From the NCBI GenBank assembly GCA_905178155.1, contig CAJINV010000010.1, positions 2,686,587 to 2,750,586 on the forward strand: 64,000 nucleotides of DNA, read 5' to 3'. This document shows positions 24,301 to 37,600 of the stretch, in pieces. The stretch is from Amoebophrya sp. A120. Its lineage: Eukaryota; Protista; Dinoflagellata. Below the pieces are notes generated by a model, which saw nothing but the letters and a program-made list of their open reading frames with translations, had not been told where the DNA came from and made no database searches. The first letter of the stretch is position 1. Every line of letters begins with the position of its first letter. Made by a program: the position numbers and the translations under genes.

Positions 24301-27258
24301 TCACGCTCCACGACCTTTAGGTGCTGTTCACCAGACCAAGACCGGTATTGACAAGTTCGATGCTCGTTTAGAAGTAGCACAAGAACTACTGCGACCAGGA
24401 GACGGCGGCTGGGAAAAGTATGCAGGGAAAAAAGTTTGTAACTGTGTTAGTGGAGCAGGTGTTTTGGAGAAGTGCTGACAGCATGACAAATTTGCTGTAT
24501 ATTTGACAGAGAAATAAGCCTGTCACACACAGCTAGTACGCCGTGACGGCACACATGAAATAAAGAGGACTGCATGGCTGGCCAGCATGACAAGCAGTGG
24601 AACTGTGTTGCGTACTTTGCATGACAAACTTTACACAGTTTTTTTCTTCTTGCATAAAAAAAGTCAAGATTTCATTCTGATCCACGAGGACCTGAAGGAG
24701 CGGTGCGATGGACAAGGTGGAAAGGAGCATGGTGATGGTATACTTAATGCAGGAGGAGAGCAGATGCAGAACCAGAACACGCATAACGACCTGCAGCTGA
24801 TCATGCGGAAACTGGTATGAATTGCACAAGTATCGCTCTAGTGAGGATTGCATATACAAATTTGCCCAGCATTACAAATGTATATTTGTAGTGCGGATTT
24901 ATCTTGAGAGCGATGCTTTAGCTTGGCATACCTGGTTTCTCTGGATGACTTAGCGGACGAGCTGGACAACATCAAATCTGGCGGTACAACATCAGCGAAT
25001 CCCGCGATGATGTTCAAGGGAAGTAGAAGCAACGCAGCAAACAAAACCGGCTTAACCACGGGCGAAGATTCCCTCGGGGGTGCGGAAGTCCTAGGCGAGC
25101 AACGTGGAGGCCTATGCTCGTTCCAGTCGCTTTTGCCGCGAAGCGAGAACATCGTGCTCCGCATTCTGCGTTTCCAGGAACCGCTGCGAGTCATTCACGT
25201 GCGCGGAAAGCGCCCCAGTCTGCAAAATTTACCGCCGGATTTGCGGGAAAGCTACTTGGAAGACGTAGAGTTATATTGGATTGCTGTTTTGTTAGTAATT
25301 GTTTATCTTTTTGATTTTGCTTTTTCAAGTAAGGATATATGTGGTCGCTCCTGTGCTCCACGCGGCACCTGTCTCGTCTGCGCTCGAACGTGCGACGATA
25401 GATTCAGACACATCACACGACAGAGGTGGCGAATAAAACACACACTATCTTCAATAGCTCCGTCACCAGCAGGAATTGTTTTCAACCGGCGCAGGAGGCT
25501 CATCTCTCTTCAGTACTGCGCGACCATCTTCCGGCCACTTTCAACACGGCGCCAGCACCGCCGACTTAACGCCCAGCTCTCCCCTGATCCGTGCGGCTTT
25601 CCCCAATGTCGTTCGGTTGTTCTCGTCTTTTCTGCCCACGTATGAAACCTTTTCTGCCGGTGGGGCGCTGAGAACCGGCGGACAAAGAACTTCTTCACGT
25701 GGTGGGAGGACGACCGGGGGTGGCGGTGGCGGAAGTATTTCGTCATCGTCTCAACGAGACAGTAGCCGAGTTACAACGCTTCGCTGGAGCCCCAACGGCG
25801 CCGTGGTGCAGATGACCCGTGGGGGCAACGTCCTCGAGGAAGTCTCGGGTCGTGCGCAGATGAACAGGCAGAGCTTCACCCTGACCGACGCGGAGGATAG
25901 CTTTGACGAGGAGGAGCAAACGGTTTTCGGCGCGTGCGCCGCCGCGGGCGGATTGACGACCTCTGCCGGGGGTGGGCCACTGGTGCACAGGATTCCTGGA
26001 ACGTTTGATCCCGCAGAAGCCCTGGAGGGGTTCGAGCTCGACGAATCGAGCGACGAGATCATTTTGGATGAACTGCTATCAAATGGAAATTATATGTCTG
26101 GGCCCTCTGGAAATTCGTGATTGTGATGCGAGCGGAGGTTGGCAGTAACGAATGAATCTAGGACCGTCTCAATTTATTTCGACGGCCAAGCATGACAAAT
26201 TTTTGAGTCGCTAAATGTTTTTTGCTAAAATTCTGCATGGCAAGCTGCGTTTCTGCATGACAGACTTGAGAGTTGTGCTGGCCGAGCATGACAAACCTTG
26301 CACTTCTTTCACCCAGACCCAGACACATATTTGCATATGCATAACAGCTGCAGACACGCTTGAAACTGAAGCCGATTTTCAAGTCCTTGGAGGAAAAAAT
26401 CGTCACGACTTCCGGTAGCTCCTCCACATCGTCAGGAGCACTTCTAGGAGCTACGCCGGCGATGATTACATCACAGAAATTTGTTCTACCCGGCAGGTTA
26501 TGGATTGCAAAAGTGTCTGGGTCTGGAAAAGTGTAAACTTGTCATGACATGAGGTCTGGAATGCGGGACTTAGCATGACAGACTCTGCGAGGTCTCTGCC
26601 ATGCCTATCCTGCATGAGAAACTCCTTCCAACGTGGTCAAACGTGGACAGCTTTTGGCTCTCATGCAACACAGATTTTTGCATGCTTCAGATGTACCATG
26701 ACAAGTTGCCGCCTTCCAGACCCAGACATATTTACAATTGATACAGGTCCGCCTCCTCGTCCTCTTTGCACAGCGCATGCTCCCGGTCGCCTTCCCCCTC
26801 GACCACATCGGGAAGCTGTTATTCAAGAAAAAAACACCATCACAATCACTTTTGATGCACATTTTTGCAATACAAAAATTTTTGTCATGCGCAAAAATGC
26901 ATCACAGTCAAGAGCTAGCGGGGATTTCCCTTTGTGTTTTTGCAAAAAAAATTTGTCATGCAAGAGAAATTTCTGATGCAAAACCTCCTAAGTGTGATGG
27001 CGTTTGTAATGGTGTTTTTTTCTTGGATAGCTGTGGCGGTCGTGCTAGAGCGACCAGGCTCGGGGGGGCTTCTGGTGCTACCCCAGTTGTCACGAAGACT
27101 CGCAAGATGAAGTTCACGATCCCAAGAGAGCACAAATTGGTGCTCCTGTTTACCGCGGAGCTCTTCCCTAAAGTGTCTCGCTTGGTGAAAACGAAGAAGA
27201 TCTTCTTGACCGAGCGGCATGGCCGACAGGGGGAGGAACAGAAAGCGTTGGCCGGTAC
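21350..27258 (+). CDS. Multi-exon low-complexity hypothetical protein
   Basis: ORF segments join in frame across the introners checked (21996, 22647, 24419, 24816, 26820). No recognisable domain; ends uncertain. Confidence 0.5.
21996..22311. mobile_element. Introner family H (D-related)
   Basis: tattacaatgaaaaatgcccc / gggcatttttcacggtaata. TSD eroded; + 5 rule is in frame. Confidence 0.82.
22647..22883. mobile_element. Degenerate introner
   Basis: taccctaaatggaaaatc / gattttccactaggata. Removal deletes an in-frame stop; + 5 rule is in frame. Confidence 0.65.
23183..23448. mobile_element. Introner family A
   Basis: Family A TIRs; TSD ggagc. Confidence 0.93.
23819..23963. mobile_element. 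Introner family B
   Basis: Family B TIRs; TSD gccgt/gccgc. Confidence 0.9.
24419..24656. mobile_element. Introner family K
   Basis: tatgcagggaaaaaag / tttttcttcttgcata; TSD aaaag/aaaaa. Confidence 0.8.
24816..24930. mobile_element. Short, diverged introner family B
   Basis: tatgaattgcacaagtatcgctct / gagagcgatgctttagcttggcata; TSD actgg/cctgg. Confidence 0.8.
26077..26343. mobile_element. Introner family A
   Basis: Family A TIRs; TSD actgc/acagc. Confidence 0.88.
26499..26743. mobile_element. Introner family A
   Basis: Family A TIRs; TSD caggt. Confidence 0.93.
26820..27029. mobile_element. Introner family I
   Basis: tattcaagaaaaaaacaccatcaca / tgtaatggtgtttttttcttggata; TSD gctgt. Confidence 0.92.
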
Positions 27259-27347
27259 TATATATGGATTCCATGTTGTACTTACTCACTTATAGATACA
27301 AAAGTGTCGGCTCAAATATGCGAGGCCTAGCATTAGCTTTTTCTCAA

Positions 27348-27743
27348 TATGGCCCGGACAGATCGTTTTTTTTCAGGTCGTTCGAAAAATTTTGAATACG
27401 TATTTGCATGATCGCAAACGATAGTCGTTTTTGTGTAGCTAAACATGTGTACCATAGATAATCATCACGAACTAGCTAGTGTGAATACAAATAAACGTCA
27501 TGAGCTAGCTAGGTAACCTCAAGCTATCTAGTCTTGTGGATTCGCACGAATCCACAAGACTAGATAGCTTAAGGTTAAGTAGTTCACATGTGTAGCTACG
27601 TATGTGCTTCTCTAGTTATTAGCTAGTGAATTAGCTAACACACTCATACAAATTAGCAGCTCAGAAGCTGCACTTCATGCATTCAAAAGAGCTATTCAAA
27701 ATTTTTCGAACTAGTTGGAAAAAAACGATCTGTCCGGGCCATA
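27348..27743. mobile_element. Whole-length foldback element (396 bp)
   Basis: tatggcccggacagatcg / cgatctgtccgggccata; TSD ctcaa; central palindrome around ggattcg-ca-cgaatcc. Confidence 0.92.
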
Positions 27744-28071
27744 CTCAACGTGTGACAAAGAAACTTGGTATAGATTTGTTTCCGTTTTACAACACTGTTC
27801 TTGAGCAACACGCAATGAGCATCGCCAGATCCTCACTTCAACAAGTGCAGCCCTCTACTGCTCCGTGAACAAACAAGAGTACAGCAGCAGGCATACACGA
27901 CACACTACCGCGGTAGGACGAGGCTACTTCTGTGCTGAGTACAGTCCAATAAACGATCAAAATCGAAACCCACCACAGCCTCCTCTCAAATGAGAGGAAG
28001 TAGGCAGTACCACGGACGATTACCCGGCAGGGTGGCGGTCGATAACCCAAATGCCGGGCGGGAACTTCACA

Positions 28072-28330
28072 TATGCATTGCAAAAATGTCTGGGTCTGGA
28101 AACTTGTAATGCTAAAAATGAATGATAGACGCACTGCAATACGCAACTATGCATGACAAATTTTTTGGCTACCAATGTCTTACGTATTCCGCATGGCAAA
28201 CTGCGTTTTTGCATGACAGGCAAGAGGGCTTTTTCGTGCCTATGCAACACAGATTTTCGAGTCATGCCAGACAAGCATGACAAACTTGCATTCTTCCAGA
28301 CCCAGACATTTACATTTTTACAATTTGATA
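28072..28330. mobile_element. Introner family A
   Basis: Family A TIRs; TSD tcaca. Confidence 0.93.
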
Positions 28331-31300
28331 TCACACCTACGCCAACCACTCACCGGTAGACGAGGAGGAGCTTAGCCTGGTCTCGCAAAAGGATCTGCCG
28401 GACAGCGCCGCCGTGAAGGAGCTGACCGAGGAAGATATGCATGGCAAAAGTCTTATAATCTGACTAGTTACGTAGACTTAATTGCATGACAAATTTCCTC
28501 AGAAGGAAAAGTGGAACTTGTGATGCTGATTCAGGTATAAAAAAAATTTTACATTTCCATTTGTCATGCAGTGCTGCAATCGGTACTACGACTACGAGTG
28601 TCGTGACGCAAGAACTTTTGCACTGGATAGAAGAGCAGGCGGCCTTGATCCAAGAAGCGGAGCTGGAGCGGTGCTGCTCGGACGAGCCCGAAGCAGGAGG
28701 GGACGAAATACAGGGAGAGCGACACAAGGTAACCGGAGATGAAGCTGAAGAAAACCAAGACCGTCGAAGAGAACGCGAGGAGAGCGGCGCGCGGGATCAT
28801 GTATTCTATTCAGGTGCACAAAACGAAAAACAACATGGTGTCAATAGCGACACTGCAAGACAAGCTGATGACGTCGGTCAGTTGCGTGAGCAGGAGCAGG
28901 AGCACAACCCCGAAGCAGACAGCGACGACGACAACCTCCAAGGGTTCCTGTTGGAAGACTACCTACCAGCCGGTCAGGGAGGAGATGACGAGGAGCAGGT
29001 CGTGTTTCAAATGCTCGAGCAGAACTCGGACGAGGAGGATGTTGGTACGGCATCAAAGACGAGAAACAACACAGGGCTACTCCTGCTGCACGAGGACCCG
29101 CAAGAGCCGGAAACAGCGGCAAATACGGCCGCAACTACCGCCGTGGACGACGAAGCGCCGGGGAAGGACGAGGAGTCTAGAAACCGGCGCGATTCATCAG
29201 CTTCAAATGGTGAAGAAAAGCAGGCGGGAGAAGGAGCTGAGGGAGCTGCTGTAAGAATAGCAAATGAGGATGTTGACGTGGTGAAAAAGAGCACATCTTG
29301 TTCCCCTGATGAAACAGGTGAGGAACTACAAGAAGATGCAGTCATGGAGACGGCAGAAGCTGCGAGCGAGATCGAAATCGATGAAGAAGGCGACCGGAAC
29401 ATGTCTCCCCGTGGGACGAGTCTTGGAGAAGTACAAGCGTCTTCAAAAATATGGTCTGAAGACGACGCAGCTGCAGGAGGAGCGCAACTGCAAAATAACC
29501 CTGATCATGAGCTGCCCAACATGGACGTCGATTCGGAACATCAGGAGAGAGCGCCCACGACCCCTGACGGTAGATCAAGACAGCTGGACACCACCACCGC
29601 CACCACTTCCAGCGTCAGCTCCGACTCTTCCGATTCCATCAGAGCCACGCTTTCGTCTACTACTGATGTTGAACAAATCGAGCGCAAGCGAAATCCTCGT
29701 GGTGAGCACCATCAAGTGCGGGCAATTGAAGTTGAACAGACCTCGACTCTGACGATCGACTTGCTCCCGCGAGCACAGTTGGGCTATTTCTTCGTCGAGG
29801 AATGGCAGCAGGAGAAGGACCAAGTTCAACTGTTGAAGCAGCTGTGGCAACAGCGGCGAAGCGAGCAGCTGCAGGCCTGTGTCGGGTATTTCGAGGAGGG
29901 AGAAGAGGAGGACCTGGTATTAAAAAAGCAACGACACCAGCAAGTTCTAGACGGCCGCAGCGAGCAGCAGCATCCCGCATCAGTGTACGCATTCGCATCT
30001 TTCCGTGAACAGCAAGACACAACATCACGTTCCGGAAGCCGAGGTTCACCGCAGCTGCTGCACCATCACTTGCAGCGTGACATGGTGGGGGACGACGAAT
30101 TGAAATTGCTGCAGGAGCAGTTGCGAAACGAGAAGGCAGCTGGTGGTGGTGCTCCTGGTGGAGCAAACGACGCTGACGACGGGTCCTTTCAGGATGGTGA
30201 ATTCGAGCTGGTGGTCCAGAAAGTGTTTGCGATGCCCCGGCGCTCCGGTGGAGAGGTTGACCCGACCGGACTGCTTGAGGCCGCGCCAAGCCCACTGTCG
30301 AGGCTCGCAGCGAATGTGGCACAGAATGTCGAGGACCGTCTTGGACCCACACCGACACGGGTACTTATAAATTTGGGAATTCAACAATTTTTTCTCGATG
30401 GTCGACATGCTGAACCTAAGCCTAGCTGATACCTGTTGCGTAGTCATTGTGATGAAACAAGGAGGATCTTCGAAGCAGTTGTCATGGCGGCCATGGGCCG
30501 TTATAGAAGAAAAGCCCGTAGTACTAGCACTTACTACAGTTTCGACTTTGATGCCTTTGCTACTGGAGAGAGACCACGAGATTGATAAAAAAAAATGATG
30601 TCTTCGGGGTGCAGATCAGCAGTTCCTTTGGATAGTATTTGCGCAATCATCATGATCATCACAGGTCCTTTCCACCGTCCCCAAACTGGCCGCGCGCATG
30701 GCGATCCCGCTCGCAAAATCGACCCTGCCTGTTGCGGTGAACGTCCTCTTACCCGCCCTGGATGAAATTCAGAAGCAGATCCCGGAGGAACACCGTATGA
30801 ACTGCAAAAGTATCGTACTCGTATGAATGCATTACAAATTTCCTCAGCATGAGAAATAAAACCTGTAGTGCGAATTTACCTGCAGGAAAAGATTCGTAAT
30901 GCATAGCTGCAATACAACGAGTACGATATTTTTGCACAGGATACACCGGCAGCGGCTGCAACAAACCGCACGGGCGGTGTCAGAGACGGTGGAGCACTCG
31001 GTCATTCCCGCGCTTCATACTACCGTGGCGACCGCCCAGGAACTCCGCGCGCAGGTCCGGCAGGACGGCTACAAGAGCACAATGAAGACGCTGCTGAAGA
31101 AGGGCAGGGACCGATTGGAGGCGGACGTGGTGCCTTACGTAATAATATGAACTGCAAACGTATCGTACTCGTAGTATTGCAACACAAATTACCTCAGCAT
31201 GACAAAGAGAATTTGTCATGTTGATTTAGCTAAAAAATGAAATTAGTCTTGCATGACTGCGATTAGTACGTGTACGATGCTTTTGCACAGTATAAATAAA

Positions 31301-33301
31301 CACGGTGACCGGGCACCACCCGCCGGTGACAATTTACGAACACGAGCAAGACGACCCGGAGAACCAATTCAAAGTTGTATCGCGAGGAAAAATGCACCCA
31401 CCGCCAAAGTTGCAAAATTTGTGATGCAAAGTCTCCAAATGGAAACTTTTTGTCATGCATGAAAGGAGTATGAATCTTTCCGATGCAGAGTCTAGGCGTG
31501 TATCGCATCGCTTGCATGACAAGTGCCGCGCTTAGTGGGATCTCTTGCAATGCAAATTTTTGCTATTCACCATCGGAAATCTGTGATGCTGATAGATGCA
31601 ACAGGGCGAATGTTTCACTTGGAAAGGTTTGCAATAGATAGAGATACTTACAAATGCTCCCAAGTTCGGGGGTGGGGGCATTTTTCATCGTAATAAGTTT
31701 CGGTGGAAATGAACGAGTGTTGTGCTAGCAGCCCGGCGTCGGCTTTTGCCTGCTCCATGGACACGACTAATTCCAGTAATTTTTCGCCTGCATGTAGTTC
31801 CAGCGGTGCTCCTTCGCGGGCGGGGTCTAAGAAATCCTCGTGGTCTGGTGCAGTAGCCGCAACTTCGGATTGCGGTGTGCAGGTATCGTCTATCTGTGAA
31901 GAGGACCGCATTGGTGGAGGAGAGCATTTTCTGCGTCCTCCCACGACAGCACACACATTGACGGCGGAAGCCATTTCGAAAAACCGATGCAGCTATTACG
32001 GCGGCGCAAGTAGCTCCACTTCCGGAGCAGGGCAGCCGCGGCAGCGCGAAGATGTTGTTCCAGCTGCTCCTTTCCCCTACAATTACACAACGGAAGCGAG
32101 CGAAGCGGCAGAAAGGGCAGCTTCTGTCAGCGCAGGATCAGTAGCAGGAGAGCAGCTGTATGCTAGTACCCCTGACAATTCTGATGAGGCATCTAGTACG
32201 TCGGGGCCGCCGTTCAACAACTTTTATCGTGGTGGTCCTAGTGCCTCTACAACTTCCCTGATGCAACAAGAAGAAGAGCAAGCCCGGCCCTCGGACGAGT
32301 TCTTGCAAAAGATTGTCGGTGCCGCAGAGCAGGAGTCTTACACGCAAGTTGGACGACCTCGCGCCATGTCTGACGTCTCGACTTGCTGTTCCGCTGCGGG
32401 AGCCGGGGCGGGAGGAGCTGGTGCAATGATTGCACCCAATCCGCTTAGCCGCACGACCAGCGTGATTTCCGGAAGTAGCACAGCAGGAGCAGGGGGAACG
32501 TCGACTATCCTTCCTGGAGGTGGCAACCCGAGGACGCCGAGCCTGGGCGGTGGTAGCACGCCGTCTAATTCGCCACCCAGTTCCCCTGCGATTCCACCGT
32601 TTCTACTCGGCGGTGGGGGAGGCGCTTCTTCTGTCACGCCGATTAATTCACCCGGGCTGGTGGGAGGTCCCGCGGCAGGTGCAGGTGGTAGAAATACTGA
32701 TGCTTGTGTGAATAATATTGTCCGTGGAGGAAGTTGTAGTTCGCAGACCACGAAGATTACGTTGAAACAGGCATACAAAAACGACTATATATTAAGCGAT
32801 AAAAATATGAATAAAACAGCATCTGTCGTGTCGGCAAGAACCTCGCCAGGTGGAGTCTCAGCGATCTTCCCGCCGCCTGGTGCACTCTCCCCGCCGTTCT
32901 TGTTCAGCAGTACAGCCAATTCGTCCCCCTTCCCTGGCGGCACGACGAATTTGCAGCGCACTGTGATCAATGAAGAGATGAAATTGCATCAACCAGGTCG
33001 TGCAGCTCTCAAGAATGACGTCGGTCGAAGTACAACTAGACAACCGCACGGAGAAGTACCAGTAGACCATGGGCTGCACCAGCAGCAGCTCCTGCAAGAA
33101 AAATCCTCAGACCCTGAAGATTTCAAGCTGCAGTTTACCCACGAGCAGCTGCGCGCCATAATCGTCGCTGAGGAGTGCGACACAGTGGAACTCGAGCTGG
33201 TGAATGTCAAGCTAGCGGAGCTAGAAAATGGCGCCGGCTACACGGCCTTGCTGGTGAACCCCCAGGGATACATCGTGAACGTCGAGAGTCGGGAGGAGTA
33301 G
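28331..33301 (+). CDS. Multi-exon acidic/low-complexity hypothetical protein (5' end unresolved)
   Basis: Long ORFs 28630-30423 and 31696-33301 plus small exons between introners. Confidence 0.55.
28436..28629. mobile_element. Introner family B (diverged)
   Basis: tatgcatggcaaaagt / acttttgcactggata; TSD gaaga. Confidence 0.88.
30796..30943. mobile_element. Introner family B
   Basis: Family B TIRs; TSD caccg. Confidence 0.93.
31146..31294. mobile_element. Introner family B
   Basis: Family B TIRs; TSD aataa. Confidence 0.92.
31378..31695. mobile_element. Introner family H
   Basis: tatcgcgaggaaaaatgcacccacc / ggtgggggcatttttcatcgtaata; TSD agttg/agttt. Confidence 0.9.
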
Positions 33302-34695
33302 CGCGCAAGAGGAAAATCTAATTTTGTGGAAAGACGAGGACGAAAACACTCCGAACGGTGCGCCAGGACGATCATTTTGCTGCATGTCAAGAACTACATG
33401 GAGATAGTACTGCACCTACTTTCGAGGAGTGGAATTTTTCGGCGACCTTGTTTTGTCATCGAGCGCAAAGGTCGGCTACTGAGTTGCTTTCGTTGCGGAC
33501 CCGCAGAGACGGGAAAAACAAGTAAAATGCTCATTGTAGTTATCTGAGAATAAACAACTAGTCAATTTGTCGTTTTTACCGTGCTAACGCTATGCAGTTT
33601 TGAAGATTCATTTGTATTTGTTTGCGTTTTTTCTTTTTGTACCATGAGACGGCAATGCCAATGCCACTATTTTCATTTTGGTTCTTGTTTTTTCAGCGCT
33701 TATTTCTAGTCTATCCCTACGCTGCTTGATACCGGCACTTCAAAAATGCATTTTCAAAGGCAAAAACTTTTCTCTTTTTCCGGTTCTGGTTTGAGAATAA
33801 AGGCAAACACAAGATAAAGTTTTGATGTTTTAGTACCGAATAGCAATAGTCGAAGATTGTTTTTCAGGTTCTTGAAATCTCAATCCTGAATAAAATGAAC
33901 TACAAGTGATTCATTGGGCAGCTCTTCTAACTCGTTCGCGAAAGCTCTATTTGTCGAAAATACTAACTCCTACGCATTTGCGCATTGAATGCAATAAAAG
34001 CGTGTTCAAGTAGTGAAGTCATAGGAAGAAAAAACATCTTTCCCTTGTCCTCTTGGCAGTTGCAGTTCTTGCGCCAAGGCCGAGGCCGTGCAAGGGGTCG
34101 CTGTTGCAAATTTCTCGAAAGGTACCTTCCCTGCTCTGGAGGAGACGGACCGGGAGGTGGTGTTCGTGCATTCGGCAGAACATCCGTACAGGAACACTAG
34201 AAGTGATCTGTTATACACGCGGGCCATCACTGTGTTATAAGCTAGTCAGTGCAACGCGATACTCGTGTTTGTTGCAGCAGAAGTCCTCAGAGCGGCCGCG
34301 CCCCGCCGACCATGGATGTACTTACGGGTTCGCGGTGGTCCGAAGGAGCAACGATCGTCGTCGAGAGCTGCAGATTTGCCTTGGAAGTACAACACGTGCA
34401 CCACGTCGTTGTCAGTCTCAGTTCTGTCGTGGAGTGTATAATTACCTGCCAGCCGCTGGTGTTACCTCAGATTCTAGCCGTCTTCCCTCGGTAGAGGAAC
34501 TGCATACTCGTAGTTCCTCCACATCCACCATTAGTTCTGTCCTTTATTGCAGCTCCAACATAGAACAACAACCTCGCAGCAGATTCTTGTAGAGGCAAGT
34601 ATACTTAACCTTAAGTGGAGGTACTCGAACGAATGGTGACGCCACGTTCAGCGTATTTTTACTACATCTAAGCGCGCTGGTATCTATAAATCAAC

Positions 34696-37600
34696 ATGGT
34701 CGATTACAATTTCCACGAGTCCTCCCTGCTCGACGCTTGCTCGCTCGGCGAGTTAGAAGGGCGGCTGGAGCAGGAGGAGCGACTGATCGAGGAAAAACAA
34801 AATCTGCTTTCCGAATACAAAAACGAGAAACAGACGCTACTGCAGGAGCGCAAAACGTTGATGAAGCGGTTGAAGCGGCTGTATAAGGAGTACCGGAAGT
34901 CGCACTTGCCGCTGTTCCAGCGACTCGAGGAGCAGCAGAAGTACGCGGTCGTTTTTGAACTCTTCAATACAACTACGACCAACAGCAGCAATGCTACTGG
35001 AGGCTCATCAACTACTTTGTCGACGTCCAGCAGTATAATATCTTCTACTACGCGGGGAGGGTCTACGTCTACTTCTGCCAATCAAGCAGCAACACAAGAA
35101 GTGACCCACGTCGACGCAGCACCTCCGGGGGCGAATCTTCAACATGCGACGGGCACCTCCAAAGCCGGAACAGCCAACAGTAGGGCTTTTGTGGATCTTC
35201 AACACGCAGCTCCTTCGGGTGGTTCTCTGCGAGACGACGAGCTGCAGTATCATGTGCTTCCGCTATTGACCGGCACGAGCTCGAAGTCTTCGTCCAGCAC
35301 GTCGCTTGCTCCAAGCCTGGCGAACAACAACTATTCTGCCCCCGCCGCGCAAAGGCAAAACAGAAACAGCAGCGGACCACCAACGAGCAGTCGATCGAAA
35401 TCGGACCTGCGCAAGCAGCTGTCCGAGCAACTGAAGGAGATGGTCACCGGATCTGTCGCGGAAGAAGACGAGGAGGTATGCATGGCAAATTATAATATGT
35501 CTGGGTCTGGAAACTTGTAATGCCAAAAGTCAATGAATAAATTCAAATGCACACTGCACCGAAGCATGACAACTTTTTTGGGCTTCTATGTGATAGCGGA
35601 TCCCGCACGTCCCAGCGTACTATTGATGGCAGGTTGCAACGTTTTCGCATGACAGGTATCAAGTAGAGGCTCGCTTCCTGTGCTCTCGCATCACAAAATT
35701 TAGAGTCATTTCTTGAGGAGACGGGAAGCATAACAGTAACGTGTACTCTTCCAGAGCCAGTCAGACATAATTGCCGTGGATAGGAGGCTGTGCGCAACCA
35801 AATCAACAACGCAGACGATATTCCGGTACAACATGCGGTGCATAGCAGGATTGTTGGCGAAGAAGTAGTATGAAATGCAAAAGCATCGTACTAGTACTAG
35901 ACTACTACGCCGGCGTCCAGGACGCCGGCGATAGGTCGTCTAGTAAATCTAAACGCAAATAAGAAACAGGAAAAGACTTAGCGAGTCGAGAGAGTCCTAC
36001 TAGTGGAAATCTGCTAGCGGAAGCGCGGCCACTATTCGAAACCCTCCGGGCGGTTTTAGCATGACAAAGAAAACGGGCCCGCGCTTGCTACACTAGCAGC
36101 GGCCCACATTAGTCGACGCGCCCGCTCTTGCTCCCGGGGCTTCTAGCTCGCCCGCGCGCCCCCGCCCGGCCGCGGGCCCTGGCCTGATCCCCCTCTCTTG
36201 GGCTGCCTGAGTTCTAATCTCTAGAAAGGGGGGGCCACCTGGAGATATATCCCCAGATATATCCCCAGATATATCCGCAGATATATGTATATCCCCAAGC
36301 GTCCGACCGGATGGCGTTCGTTGGGGTGGCGGGCTCGCTCGCTCTGCCGGGGCGGGAGCGCTCTTGCACCGCCCCCCCCTACCCCCCCCCCAAAGGCGCA
36401 GGTGCCGGAGAGTAGCCAGAATAGGGATGCCAAACACCGGCCCGGCGAATTTGTTGCGGCTCCTCCAGGCGAGGGCGATTGCGCGCTAGCCTGCCAAAGG
36501 CTCGGGAATCCTTGGTCTGCGATGCAGGTTGCACCCCCAAGCGCAGACTGCAAAAGCTGGCAGCGCAGGCTGCAAGGGTTTGCAGCGCCTTTTCCGCTTG
36601 CGTTGCAGATTGCAACTTCCAGATCAGGCTGTCGCGTGCGGCGCAGGTTGCAGCCTGTGGCCCGGGCTGCCGCTTGCATCGTTGCCAGCCCTCGGTCGCC
36701 CACGTTGTAGACGGCCACTGGCGTCGCAACTTGTAGTCTGTCCCAGCTGGCGCGTCGGCCTGTGTTGCAGGTAGCCGCCGCCTCCTGCATCAATAGCGCC
36801 AGCATGCACCGCAAAAGGTTGCAGACCGAATTGCAAGAAAGGCACAGCCTGCAACACTTGCAGTGCGGAAATCGCAGCGCAGGCGTCAGCCTGCTTTGAA
36901 AGCTGCAGCCTTTAGTGCAAGTTGCCGCCTGCGTCGCGAGTTGCAGCTGCCCGCATTGCAAAAAAGCGCCCGGCTGTTAGCAGTGCTACAAGGTAACGAA
37001 GCCGCACTTGTAACATACCCAGGGGCCGCCCGCGAGGAGGACGCTCGCACATGCAGAGCTTTTGGTCCCCACGATGCCGCTCTTTTTCTTACAGGCGTTC
37101 GCTTAGAAGATTCCTCTAGGAGCTCTCTTTGGCGAAGCTTCTAGAGAAAGCTTCTAGAAAGTGATCTCCCTACTAATCATTTTTTAAGAGCGGCCCTATA
37201 ATCTATAAGGCCGAAAATTCCGAGCAAAAAAACTCTATTGTTATTTTATAAATCGCATGACAAATCTCCTCAGCATGAGAAATAGAATTTGTAATGCGGA
37301 TTCAACTTGAGAAAGAAATTTGTAATGCATGAATGCGATTAGTACGACTACGATACTTTTGCACAGGATAAGTAGAGTGTCTTCAAGCTTCGACTTCGGG
37401 CGTGGGCCGCTCCGAGAAAAATCACGAGAAAGATCTTTATCCCGGTCTTGGAACCACAACTGTGCCGCGACGTGCAGCCGACGAGAGTGTACCAACCAGC
37501 GACAAAGGTCTTGCGGTACTCGAGGCAGGCGGTGCCGACAGTTCCAGTACGAAAACCAGCATCAACTTGCAGCTGCAGAGCGTGAAGAGCGGCGAGCGGC

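Larger units (their letters stand above)
35869..37370. mobile_element. Introner family B carrying a 1.35-kb nested insertion
   Basis: Family B TIRs; TSD agtag; flanking exons join in frame (EEV-ECLQ). Confidence 0.92.

Noticed and set aside
27259-27791. Outer element enclosing the 396-bp foldback
   Set aside because: Termini are only weakly complementary, with no TSD, and the downstream frames are closed.
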